From assembly GCA_947630775.1 (NCBI GenBank), contig CANRIY010000001.1, forward strand, positions 1-43,119: a DNA stretch of 43,119 bases, in the 5' to 3' direction. Shown here in pieces: positions 14,559-25,600 of this stretch (positions within the stretch are counted from its first letter, which is position 1; each line of letters begins with the position of its first letter). The position numbers were made by a program, and so were the translations under genes. The DNA comes from an uncultured Clostridia bacterium (GTDB lineage: Bacteria > Bacillota > Clostridia > Christensenellales > Borkfalkiaceae). The notes below the pieces were generated by a model. It had not been told where the DNA came from, searched no databases, and saw nothing but the letters and a program-made list of their open reading frames with translations.

Positions 14559-17057
14559 TCAGTCTCTGTTCAAAGACCATTTTCCGAGCGCATAGAAATC
14601 GAAGAAGAAGTTCTTCGTGTGGTTGTTTTCAACGACGAGCATGATACCGAGCGATTCATTGAAGTATGTCGCAAAGTAGCTGGTCGTGGGATTGCCCGCC
14701 GTACGGTAACCCGAATTCTGACGGTCGTACTCCCAGCCGCTGACCTTCAGGATATCTTGGGAGAGTTCGCCGCTCTCCCCGAGGATAGCTTCGATGTCGA
14801 TCACAATACCGTTTCTGTCGAGACGGGGATCGTCGTCGTTCATCGCGCAGTTGAAGGAGAACTCCTCACGCTTGAGCGAACCGTCGTCGTTCAGGCTGTA
14901 ATCGAACCACGGGCCGTTCACGTCGTCACAGATGTGCTCCATGATGATGGAAGGTGCGGGAAGCTGATTGAGGTTGGTGAGCTTGGGGAACATATGACGG
15001 AGCACGGTTTCCGCGTCTGCATCGCTGCTCTCGCCGGAAGTATGGGTGGGATTGTAATCGTGGGTGGTGTATTTATTCCACGTATCCCTCCAGACTCTTT
15101 CGATATAGTACCCTTCATCGAAGGCATTCGCCAAAAGCGTCGTATTTCCGACGTTCTTGTATGTCGTGGTGATGTAGCCCGTGCCCACACCGCTCACGTT
15201 GTAGGGGAACTCCGTGGAGTAGATGTAAGCGTTCCCGTCGGCGTCTAACGCAACGGAGATGGTAAGGGTGTTGAACGGCATCCCTTCGCCGTCTTCGGCA
15301 TAATCATGCGCGGAGATCTGGCGGGAAACATCGTTGGTGATGAAAGAATCGCGCAGGATGAAATCATGCACTTCCGTACGATTGCTGCTCGAGCCAACGT
15401 TGTGGCTGCCAATGTACTCAAAGATCGCGGGATCAAAATCCCACTGCGGCATTGCCACTTCGAAGAAGTTGCCCTGTCTGCGCTCTACGCCGATGAGGCC
15501 CTTTACGGACGTATACACCTGTTCGTCGTCCACGACTTCGTAGTAACCGTCGAACTGCCTATAGCCGCTGTAGCCGAAGTGATAATCCAGACCGTCCATG
15601 GAGGCGGAATACTTGCCGACCGTTTCAAAGATCGCGGCATTTTCCGTCACATAGCCGATGGTACCCGTGCTGCTGCCAAGATCCTTGGGAGGCTGCGACG
15701 CGGTCTGCTTATGATAATATTGAGCGGTATCCGCAAGCGGGACCACCGACGAGACCGTAGCAATGCCGCCGCCCGCCGATTCGATGTCGTAGTCGCCCTC
15801 GCTCCAGTCGACAGCGTCAACGGCAGTTTCCTTCGCAACAAACGTAAAGTTCTTCGCAGCCTTCATGGTACCTACGGCCTGTTCGAGATACTCAAAATAC
15901 TCCGCATCTCCTTCGGGAATAGTGTACTTCGCGGGCTTGGGAACTTCCGTCGTGCCGACGTCGGAGATCGTGAGTTCGACTTCGGTATAGGAGCGCTCGA
16001 GCACGGTCTCTCCGTCACCTGCGGTAACCGTAGCCACTGCCGTCTGCGCCCAAATGCCCGTGATGGCGCCGTCCGTCATCTTGAGACGGAACTGCGTGAA
16101 GTTTTCGCCTGCCTCGATCATGGGCGTTAAGGACACGGCAAGGTAAGCCATGAGATATTCGTCGGGGCTGGCGTCGGTGTCGTAAGCGCCGCTCGGTTCG
16201 ATCTGGTAAATATACTCATCGGTGTCCACATCGTGGACGAACTTTTTGGAAATATTCGTCCCGAGTTCCCCGAGATGATTATAGAGGTGCTGGTTCTCCC
16301 AGATCAGGGGAATGCTCTGGTAGTTGGTCTCGGCGCGCTCGGCGACCTCGTTGTCTTTATCGATGTACACGCTCACCAGTGCATGCCCGAGATTTCCGTA
16401 CTGATCGCCCGCGCGGTAGTTGTTGACAATGACGTTATTGCCTTCTTCCTCCGCGCTCCATTCGCCGTACCATGCGCCATCACTCATCTTGACGACGCTG
16501 TTGTATACGGTCGTTACGTTGTTTGCGGAGTATTGCAGATCTTCGTAGTAGTCGGTGACCGTACCGCTGACGGTAATGTTGGAACCGGAGACCGCTTCAA
16601 GCGCCTCGGCGGTAAGTTCCCCTACCTGCCCCGCAATACTGGGAATTACGGTAAAGGTGTGGGATGCCGACTTTGTAGGATCTGCCTCGGACGTCGCCGT
16701 GACCGTGACGGGAGTGTTGAGCTGAACGTCCTTCTCGACGGTAACCGCGTTTTCTGCGCTGACGGCGAGAATGTCGCTCGCCGCGCCCGTGCTGTCCGTA
16801 ACCGACCATGTATAATTCTTATTGTCCGTATTCGTAACGGTGACGGTAAGCGTGACTTGTTCGCCCTTTCTGATCTCCGTAGGAGCGCCTGCGCCGATCG
16901 AGATCGATACGGCAGGTGCGGAGGGATTTACAGTTCCGCCCTGTTCCCCCGAATTTTCGGAGGGTTTGGGATTGTCGTCACATGCAGCTACGGAAAAGCA
17001 CAGAATTCCCGCAAGCGCTGTGGCAAGGATGCTGCTGAACAATTTTGCCTTTTTCAT
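14559..17057 (-). CDS. Surface lipoprotein (832 aa): a Big_2-like Ig domain plus a large uncharacterised domain. It is a paralog of the next gene.
   Basis: The signal peptide is MKKAKLFSSILATALAGILCFSVAAC/DDN, and AGAGGT lies upstream. The Big_2-like stretch reads ISIGAGAPTEIRKGEQVTLTVTVTNTDNKNYTWSVTDSTG...TVTATSEADPTKSASHTFTV. The remainder aligns by eye with the 794-aa neighbour. Confidence 0.88.
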   Translation of the reverse strand: MKKAKLFSSILATALAGILCFSVAACDDNPKPSENSGEQGGTVNPSAPAVSISIGAGAPTEIRKGEQVTLTVTVTNTDNKNYTWSVTDSTGAASDILAVSAENAVTVEKDVQLNTPVTVTATSEADPTKSASHTFTVIPSIAGQVGELTAEALEAVSGSNITVSGTVTDYYEDLQYSANNVTTVYNSVVKMSDGAWYGEWSAEEEGNNVIVNNYRAGDQYGNLGHALVSVYIDKDNEVAERAETNYQSIPLIWENQHLYNHLGELGTNISKKFVHDVDTDEYIYQIEPSGAYDTDASPDEYLMAYLAVSLTPMIEAGENFTQFRLKMTDGAITGIWAQTAVATVTAGDGETVLERSYTEVELTISDVGTTEVPKPAKYTIPEGDAEYFEYLEQAVGTMKAAKNFTFVAKETAVDAVDWSEGDYDIESAGGGIATVSSVVPLADTAQYYHKQTASQPPKDLGSSTGTIGYVTENAAIFETVGKYSASMDGLDYHFGYSGYRQFDGYYEVVDDEQVYTSVKGLIGVERRQGNFFEVAMPQWDFDPAIFEYIGSHNVGSSSNRTEVHDFILRDSFITNDVSRQISAHDYAEDGEGMPFNTLTISVALDADGNAYIYSTEFPYNVSGVGTGYITTTYKNVGNTTLLANAFDEGYYIERVWRDTWNKYTTHDYNPTHTSGESSDADAETVLRHMFPKLTNLNQLPAPSIIMEHICDDVNGPWFDYSLNDDGSLKREEFSFNCAMNDDDPRLDRNGIVIDIEAILGESGELSQDILKVSGWEYDRQNSGYRTAGNPTTSYFATYFNESLGIMLVVENNHTKNFFFDFYALGKWSLNRD

Positions 17058-17089
17058 ATCTATTACCTCTAATAAAAATTTTTTTCGGT

Positions 17090-19474
17090 TTATTCTGTGG
17101 GTCCCGCTTCAGAGGGGTCCGTTACGGAGGGCTCTACCCACACATCAATGTAGAGGAGTCCCTGTGAATCTTTGACCGCGACTCCGAGTTTGCTGTTGGA
17201 ATACTCATAGATCATCCCGCCCGAGCCTTCCTTTGTCGCAGTCTTTTCGTAACCCTGCGTTTCCAGCCAATCGCAGACCTTATCGATGGAGCTCGTGATG
17301 GTATAGTCGAGATCCGCGGGAACGTCATACCACAATTCAACTGCCTTATGCGTTCTTCCGCTGTTGCTTCTGTAGAAGGCGTCGATCGCCCAAGCGAAGC
17401 AATCGCCGAGCGCTTCCCCGAAGAAGGGAATCGTCTCTGTCGTGCCGAGATACTCCTGCGCATAAGGGAGGAACATCTGACCCGCAAATTCTCCATCGTC
17501 GTACGCGTTGAAGAGGATCCCCTCCCAAGAAGCGGGCACTTCACGCGGTGTGAGTTCGATGGGATCTGCGATCGCAGCCGTGTCGAAGTCGCTGAATTCG
17601 ATCTCGATCACGCCCTGCACATAGCCCATGTAGTAATAGAATTCCATCTCCGTGATATAGCCGTCCTTGACCGTGATATTCGGACGGATATAACTTGAAC
17701 CCGTGTTCCCGACCGTCGCATACAGGCCGTAGAGCTGGTCGAGAACGTCGACGTAGCGGTAGAACTCCGTTGCGACGATGTTCATGGCTTCATTGACCTC
17801 GTAATACATATCGAAGTCGTCGCCCTCTTTCCCTGCCTGATAACCCGTGAAGATCTCCGCGGCGAAATTCAGACCGGGGCGGGCTTCCCTGACATTCCCC
17901 TTGAAGGCGCGGGTCGCCACATAGTGGTCGTCCTCGAGCGCGAACTGGTTGTAAAGGTCGTCTCCGACCTGCGTGAAGCCGTATTTGTAGCCCGAATATG
18001 TGTATTTGATGTCTTCTGCGCTCGTCCCGAACTCCCATTCGAAGTCTTCATAGAGGCAGGTGGTGTCCGTGACCGTCTCCTTATAGCCCGTATAGGACAT
18101 CGATGAGCTTGTGAGCGCGTTCTGCTCGAGATTTCGGTAGATCATCGTATAGCTGTTGAGATCGTGCATGTTTTTGAGCGCTTCCTTCAAAGGAGTGTGG
18201 ATCCCCTCATCGAATTTGAACTTGCCGATCGTCGGCACTTCCACAGTCTCCCCGTAGGCGATGATCGCGCTCAGGGTCATCGTCGCATTGTCCCCGGGAG
18301 AGACCTGCGTATCGTTCTCGCTCACCGCGGTGAAACCGAGCACTTCGTCCGCTTCCACGATGAGAGAGATGGTCTTGGGTGTGAATTCGTAAGGGATCGC
18401 GGCGCTGATCATGCGCTGCATGCGCGTCTTATCTCCCCCCTTATATGTCCATGCGAACAGCTCGCCGTCGTACTCGAAATCGGACACCGAGAACTTTACG
18501 GGATTGTCGGGAGAGCCCGAGAAGCAGTTGTACATGCCCCCTTCTTCCCAGCCGATCTCGTTGCCGTCGTCGTCGAGCATGGGAACGAGCTCTTCCTCGT
18601 TCATGAGGCTGACGCTGACGACATTGGCGATGCCGCCACTCTCTTCGACGTACATATCGTAGGGAATGTCCGTGCCGTCGCCCGTCTCATAGCTTGCATA
18701 CCAATGCGTGCCGTCCATCGCGGTCTCGGAGGTGAGCTGCGAGCTCCCGAGGTATTCGGGACGGGAACCGATGGTGTAGACATCGATGTCGATGGTGCTG
18801 AGGAACTGGACCGTCGTCTCACGGGCAAGCGCGTCGAGCATATCCTGCGTCAATTCGGTATAGGCGCGGACGGTGACCGTCTTTTCGGCGTACTTTGCAT
18901 CGTTGCCGTTGCTCGTCGCGCGGATGGTGATGACCTTATCCCCCGTCACTTCCTTGGCGGTAAGGAGTCCCGCAGCGCTGATGGAAGCGAATTCGCCGCC
19001 TTTTGTGACCGACCATGTGACCGTCTTATCCGAAACATCGCCCGTCACGGTCGCGGTATATTGCGACGTCGTGCCGCTCGGCACATTTTGGGCGCCGAGA
19101 ATGGACACCGTTGCGTCGGGCGCGGTATAGGAACCCGTCGCCGCCTCGGAATCGAGATACCCGTTTGCCTTTGCGATGACGCTGTATGTAAAATCGTGTT
19201 TGGGGAGTCCGCCGCTCAGTGTATAAGACGTCTCCGTCACGGTTGCGCTCATGTCATCGACGGTGACAAGATAAGATGTCGCGTGCGGGACATAGCTCCA
19301 GATAATTGTCCCGTCCCCCGAGAGGCTGAGATCCTGCGGGGTAGCGAGCTGTTCGGACGCGCCGCTTTGTTCGCCGCCGTTATCGCCGTTATCGGGCGTT
19401 TCGGTTTTATCGTCACAACCCGCAAAGGCGAGGATCATGACGAGCGCGAGAAAGATACTGATAAATTTCTTCAT
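17090..19474 (-). CDS. Surface lipoprotein (794 aa): an Fn3-like module, a Big_2-like domain and an uncharacterised domain. It is a paralog of the 832-aa gene.
   Basis: I prefer the ATG at 19474 (MKKFISIFLALVMILAFAGC/DDK, with AGGAG 7 nt upstream) over the ORF-track start at 19540. The Big_2-like stretch reads VSILGAQNVPSGTTSQYTATVTGDVSDKTVTWSVTKGGEFASISAAGLLTAKEV...TVTV. Confidence 0.88.
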   Translation of the reverse strand: MKKFISIFLALVMILAFAGCDDKTETPDNGDNGGEQSGASEQLATPQDLSLSGDGTIIWSYVPHATSYLVTVDDMSATVTETSYTLSGGLPKHDFTYSVIAKANGYLDSEAATGSYTAPDATVSILGAQNVPSGTTSQYTATVTGDVSDKTVTWSVTKGGEFASISAAGLLTAKEVTGDKVITIRATSNGNDAKYAEKTVTVRAYTELTQDMLDALARETTVQFLSTIDIDVYTIGSRPEYLGSSQLTSETAMDGTHWYASYETGDGTDIPYDMYVEESGGIANVVSVSLMNEEELVPMLDDDGNEIGWEEGGMYNCFSGSPDNPVKFSVSDFEYDGELFAWTYKGGDKTRMQRMISAAIPYEFTPKTISLIVEADEVLGFTAVSENDTQVSPGDNATMTLSAIIAYGETVEVPTIGKFKFDEGIHTPLKEALKNMHDLNSYTMIYRNLEQNALTSSSMSYTGYKETVTDTTCLYEDFEWEFGTSAEDIKYTYSGYKYGFTQVGDDLYNQFALEDDHYVATRAFKGNVREARPGLNFAAEIFTGYQAGKEGDDFDMYYEVNEAMNIVATEFYRYVDVLDQLYGLYATVGNTGSSYIRPNITVKDGYITEMEFYYYMGYVQGVIEIEFSDFDTAAIADPIELTPREVPASWEGILFNAYDDGEFAGQMFLPYAQEYLGTTETIPFFGEALGDCFAWAIDAFYRSNSGRTHKAVELWYDVPADLDYTITSSIDKVCDWLETQGYEKTATKEGSGGMIYEYSNSKLGVAVKDSQGLLYIDVWVEPSVTDPSEAGPTE

Positions 19475-19525
19475 GGTTTTTCTCCTATTTGACCGACGGA
19501 CGGGAGCCGCCGATAAATTGTTTTT

Positions 19526-19565
19526 CTCGTGGCGCATCAAAATGCGCCACGAGGCTGTTTTTTGG
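19526..19565 (+). terminator. Strong hairpin with a U-tract only in the plus (antisense) orientation, lying between two minus-strand genes
   Basis: A perfect 12-bp stem, ctcgtggcgcat(caaa)atgcgccacgag, lies at 19526-19553 and is followed by gctgttttttgg. On the minus (sense) transcript the hairpin is followed by AAAAACAAUUU, which is not a canonical terminator there. Confidence 0.55.
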
Positions 19566-19600
19566 AAAAAAACAAAATTTTTGGGTTTTGCCTTCCGAAA

Positions 19601-22600
19601 TTACTTGTTTTCCTTCTTCTTTACGAGAACAACGCATGCCGCGGACAGGAGCACGATCCCCGCGAGGATCGCGCCGCCGACGCCGATGACGCTGCCGCAG
19701 CCATCCTCTTCGGACTCCCCGCCCTGCGCGCCGCCGGGATCGGAAGGCGTGTCGGGCGTATTGGGATCGGTGCCCGGGTGCGCCGCTTCGTACCCACTGA
19801 GGAGATTGTTGTACTTATCCTGCACGAGGAGTCCCCTTTCATCGACATCGAGACGGGAGATCGCGTCGCGGAGCGCCACGATCCTGCTGTCGAGCTCCTG
19901 CGATTGCACGTAAGTGTCGGGCAGGGCGTCGATCAGGGCCTGAATGTCGCGCACTTCCTTGGTGGAATTGGCAATCTTGAGACGGACGATCGTGCTTCTC
20001 GCGTTTGTGACAAGCGTTCTGAGCCTCTCCCATTCCGCCGCTTCAATGCCGTGATCCGCCGGATCCTGCTTGACCGCGTTGAGGGCGGCGACTGCGTCGG
20101 AGATGAGCTTTTCGTGCGCCATCGTGATCGTGTCGATCTTCTCGATCTCGGCGGCGTATTCGAGGAAGTTCTTCATCGCCTGCTCCATCGCAACATAGTT
20201 GCTGCGCTGTGCGTTTGCCACCGAACCGAAGTAGACGAGATAGATCACGTTGTCGTACCCCGAGACCTCATTCGCGGGAAGGATCATCTCGATGGGATTG
20301 TTCCTGCCGACGAGGTCGATAAAGTTGTAGTAGGTGAGTTCGAGCCACCCGTACATGCTCTGCTGGTTGTGCAGGATCGCATAGCCGGGATCGGTCGATT
20401 CGAGCAATTCGCTTCCGCTCGGATCGTAGGAGCTCTCGAGGGTGGGAGCCGTCGCAGAGCGGAATTCCACCGACTTCAAAGCCGTATAGCCATAGAAGGC
20501 ATGGTCGCCGATCGAGACGAGGGAATCGGGAAGCACGAGCGAGGCAATATGGGTGTTCGCACTGCCCGCATAATTGCCGATGCGGTACGTTCCCTCTTCG
20601 ACTTCGAGTTTTTGGACGTTCATCCCAGCGGGAACAGACGAAAGGAGCTGTTTGCCGTTCGCCATATTGGTGTAGAGCACGCCGCCGACGAGTTTCGCAT
20701 AACCGTTGATGGCGCCGTCCGACTTCTTCTCCGTCCCGAAGGTGTACTTCTGAATGCCGTCACAGTTCAGGAACACATAGCTCCCGATCTCTTCAAGCTC
20801 CGTCGAGAAATTGAAGCCCGTAAGATTGAGATTCCCTTGGAATGCCGCGTCGCCGATGCGGGCGAGATGAGGGGCATTGAAGGAGGTGAATGCGGAGCTC
20901 TGGAAGGCGTATGCGCCCACCGTGGTGAGTTTGGGTGCTTCGATCGTTCCGCCGATCGCGGTATCCGCAAAGGCGGCGTCGGCGATCTCTTCCACTGCGG
21001 AAAGGTCGATTTCGGCATCGGAGAAATGGTAGCCGCCTGTCGCCGAGCCGTCATCGTAGTGCCCTGCCGAGGTGAAGGCATATCTGCCGATCTTCTCCAC
21101 ATTGCCGAGGTTGATCTCAGAGAGTGCGGAGCATCCGACGAACGCATAGTCGCCGATCTCCTTGCAGGTCTCGGGCAACGTCACCGTTGCGAGTGCGACG
21201 CACTCGGCAAAGGTTTCGGTCGGGATCACCGTGATATCTCCGTGGAAGGTCACGGAATACAGACAGTCGCAGCCGTAGAAGGCGTCCGTATCCATCTCCA
21301 CGAGCGATGCGGGGAATTCAAGGACCGTGATCTTGGGCGCATTGCCCGCCCTGCCGTCGATGACGGAATAGTCCATGAAGGCGCCGTAGCCGATCCATGT
21401 GAGTCCATCGCCGAAGGTAAGGTCCGCAAGCTCGCCGCAGTTCGCAAAGGCGAAATCGCCGATGGAGGTGATATGGGTGAGTTCTGCCTTTCCGAGAGCG
21501 GTACAGCCGAAGAATGCTTCGTTGCCGAGCGCCCCCGTTGCCTTGCTCAGGTCGATTTCGGAGAGCTTCGTGTTGTTCGAGAAGCACAGGGCTCCGATCT
21601 CAACGCCGCCTTCTTCGGGCATGGTAACGGTTTGGAGAGAGGTACAGCGCTGAAAGACGCCGAGCCCGAGTTTGGCATTCGCGCCGACCTTGACGCTCGT
21701 AAGACCGCTGTTGAGGAATGCCCCTTCGCCGACCTCTGCATTCGCGCCGATCTCGGCAGTTGTAAGCGCCGCCGCCTGCGTAAAGGCGTAATCGCCGATC
21801 GTCTTCACGCTGCCGAGATTGTTGAGCGTCGCAAGAACTTGGCAATTATTGAAGGCACGGAGACCGACCGTCGTCTCCCCCGCCGCCGCAAAGGTGACAG
21901 AAGCGAGCGATTCGCAGCTTGCAAACGCATAGCTTCCAATCTCGACCGCGCCTTCAAATGTCACGGAAGTGATTGGCGCGCCGCTGAATGCGCTGTTTCC
22001 GATATGCGTGACGGTCGCGGGGATCGTGAGTGCGGGAGAATTCTGATAGGCGTTGATCGCCGCAAGGATGATCGTATCTTCCGCCTTGTTGAGGAGTTGG
22101 TGTCCGTCCTCCGACATGGAATAGAATCCGCTGTTTTCGGGGACGGTGATCGTCGCGAGCGCGGTGCCCCTGAAGAGGTTTCCCGCCGTCACGTCGATTT
22201 GGGTGTTCGCCTGAAATTCGATGGTCGCGAGCGCGGCACAGTCTTGGAATACGTTTGCACCGAGCGTAAACGCGCTGTTCGGAAGAACAACCTTTTGGAG
22301 CGACTTATCGCCGCTGAAAGCACTGTCGTGAATGGCTTCGAGCCCGTTCTTGAACGTCACGCTCGTGAGCGACTCGTTCCCCGAGAAGGCGTTTGCGGGA
22401 ATAAATTTCTTCTCGAAAATTTCCACGCTTTCGAGCCCGCAGTCGCGGAAGATGCCGACGGAGAGTTTGGTAAGTTCGCCGAGCGTCACATTCTTGAGCT
22501 TTGTGCAGCCCGCAAAGGCATTTTCGCCCGCATTGCGAAGCGTTGTGAGATCCACGGAAGTGAGCCCCGTGCAGTTTCTGAAGCCATCCTTGCCGACCGT

Positions 22601-25600
22601 GTACATGCTCGGCATGTTGATGTTGTCGAGCGTCTCGCAATTCGTAAAGACATAGTCGCCGATGACTTCCACATCTTCAAGATTGATGGTTTTGAGGGAG
22701 ACGTCGTTGTAGAAGGCGTACCGTCTGAGGAATTTCACCGTATCGGGAAGTTCCACGGTCTCGAGTGCGGTACAGTTATAGAATGCGTACTGCTGGATCT
22801 CCATCACGCCGTCGGGGACGACGACCGACCTGATCGTATCGTTGATCCCGGGGATACGGTTTGCGTAGACATCGTCGTCGGGAAGTTCCTGCGCGTACTG
22901 GTAGTTCGTCTCATAGAGGCTGAATGCGTTGGGACCGATGTAGAGGATGCCCTCGTCGTCGGGGATGACGACATTCCCGCCCACGCCCTTGTAGGCGACG
23001 AGCGTGCGGGCTTCATCGATGACAAATTCGCTGTTGACCGTGATACGGATGGAAGCGATGAGGTTGGAGCCCCCGACGCTGAGCGTAATGGTCGCACTGC
23101 CCTTTTTGAGGGCCGCCACAACGCCGTCTTCCGTAACCGAGACGATATCCGACCTGCTGGACGCATAGGTAAGATCGTACTTATCGGCGACGTACCAAGG
23201 ATCGAGGTCATAGTGAAGCTGGATCTGTTCGCCCGGATAGACAGAGATTGCGCCGTTTACCGCGGTCAGGAAGATCCTGTCCCCCGTGGAGCCGATATCG
23301 CTCGTCTGCCCCGCACGCGCATGGGCAAAGAGGGTATCGAAATAGGAGAAGCGGATGCTCTTGATGTTCTCCTTCGTCACATCTTCGATGTCGTTCGCCG
23401 AAAGCGGCACAACGGTGTTGACGGCACTTGTTGCCGACTCGGACTGCCTTGCACGGACGTTGACGGTAATGGTCGCGGAATCGCCGTAGAAGTTCTCCCT
23501 GACGGTGATGATCGTCCTGCCCGTCGACTTGCCGAGGACCTGCCCCTCTTTCACCGACGCGATGTTATCGTTATTGGATTCCCAGATGAGGTAACGGAGA
23601 TAATCCTTATTCTCGTCGACACTCGGATCGGTCGTCGCAAGATACTGGGTAAGATCGACCACTTCGCCGACCTCGAGGGTGACAAGGGACTTCCTGCCGC
23701 TCGACGTCGTTCCGTCGTTCGTGAAGCTGAACTTGCCGCGTTCGCCGGGATTGGTGCCGGGGAGCTGGCAAACATAGAGATTCTGGTTGAGCGCGTAGTC
23801 CTCGACCGTAAAGCCGAGCGCGCTGGGAATGAGTTCGTCGTATTCGAGATTTTCGAGGATATCCGTGATCTCGACGCGGACTCTGTAGTCCTCACCCTTA
23901 TCGCCGTACAGCGGAATGGGATTCTTCAACAGATAGGAAGGCGAATACTGGCTGGAATTCTGCGTTCCGTCGTATTCGGGATTGACAGAGAACACAAGGG
24001 GCGTCAGCGCCATTGCATACTGATTGTCGTAAATGGTGAGATAGACGTAGTAGCGATCCTTTTTGAGGTTCTTATCGTACACCTTTTCGTAGGTCGCGCT
24101 CTTGATGATGGGCGCCTCGGTATCGAGGGTGAAGTCGAACGAGAAGGTGTTGCGGGCATTGGTCGTGAGTCCGTCGCGCTCATAGTCGAGCTGCCCCACC
24201 ATCTTGAACTCGTACCTGCGGTTGCTCATGAGCCCGAGCTGCGCGGAATTGATGCGGAGGAACTCATAGTTCGGGATGGGAGATCCGCCCTGCGAGAACG
24301 CCTTGCGGGCGTTCGTGAGAACATATTCGTAGACGACTTCCCCCGTTTCCTTATCGGTGATGGTGTACGTCATCGTCTTGCAGCCGCGGAGAAGCCCCGC
24401 ATAGACGGAAGAGATCCCGTCGATCTTATTGAGCTCGTTGGAGATAGCGATGCGGTCCTCGGAAGCGGGGATCGGATCGTAAGTGCTCTCGTCGATATCA
24501 TAGAGATAGGTGCCGAGCGGAATGAGATAGTTGTAGTAATAGGAACCGTAAGGGGTCGTCGCGTAATAATCCGCCTTGAGCTTATCCTCTTCGTCAATCC
24601 CCGCGTTGTGCGCTTCCGACTCCACTTCGAAATAGGTCTTATCGAAGATGGGCGCCTGCGTCCAGTCGCCGTAGAAGGCAAGGAAGGGAATGTTGAGGTC
24701 GATCTCTTTCTCTCCGACGGCGTCGAGCGTCACGAACCCTTCGACATACATGCCGTACGGGAAGAGGGATTCGATGGTGTTCTTATCCTCTTGCGAGAGG
24801 GTGTAGGTGAGCTTGATCTTGGCAGTCTGGCCCGCCCCGACGCTCACGCGCTTGCCGCTGATGCTCCCCTGTCCGCTGACAACTTCCGCCGTGAAATTGT
24901 TGGAAAGGAGCTGGTCGCGCTCCGCGATGTGCTTTTCGTCCGCCGTAGAGACGCTCTCCGTCATGCCGATGAGACCGAGATCGTACTGCATCTGCACATC
25001 GGAAACGTTGACGATGTTGAACTCCATGACGTAGACGCCCTTTCTCTGGGGGTCATCCATGAGCTCGAGCTTCGTACGGTCCTTGCCGTCGACGGTGAGG
25101 TATGCCTTGGTGTTGACGACGTTATTGAGGCTCGCAAGCCCCGCGCCCTGCTTTCTCGGCGAATAGGGATTGCCCTGCTGGTTCAGGATGATGGTCGCCG
25201 TCGACATGAGCATCTGGTTGGTGAGCACCGAGATCTGCTTCCACGTCATATCGTTATAACGGGACTGGTCCTTGATGAACTGGCGGATGAGGACGACGAG
25301 CCCGCACATGTTGGGGCATGCCATCGAGGTACCGCTGATCTGGTCGTATTTATCGCCGGGGACGGAGGAAGTGATGTTGCCGCCGTGCGCCGTGATGTCG
25401 GGTTTGAGGGTGAGGTCGGGCAGAGGTCCCCAGCTCGAGAAGTCGGACATGAAGGGGCCCGCTTCCTGCTCATAGCTGAGCGTCAGAGTGCCCTCTTTCA
25501 CCTTCGCAAGTTCCGTGCCGTCCTCCTTGGAGATGGAGATCGTGGGGATATGGTCGGTTTTCCCCATGGACATGAGGATGTCGCCTTCGATGTTGTTGTA

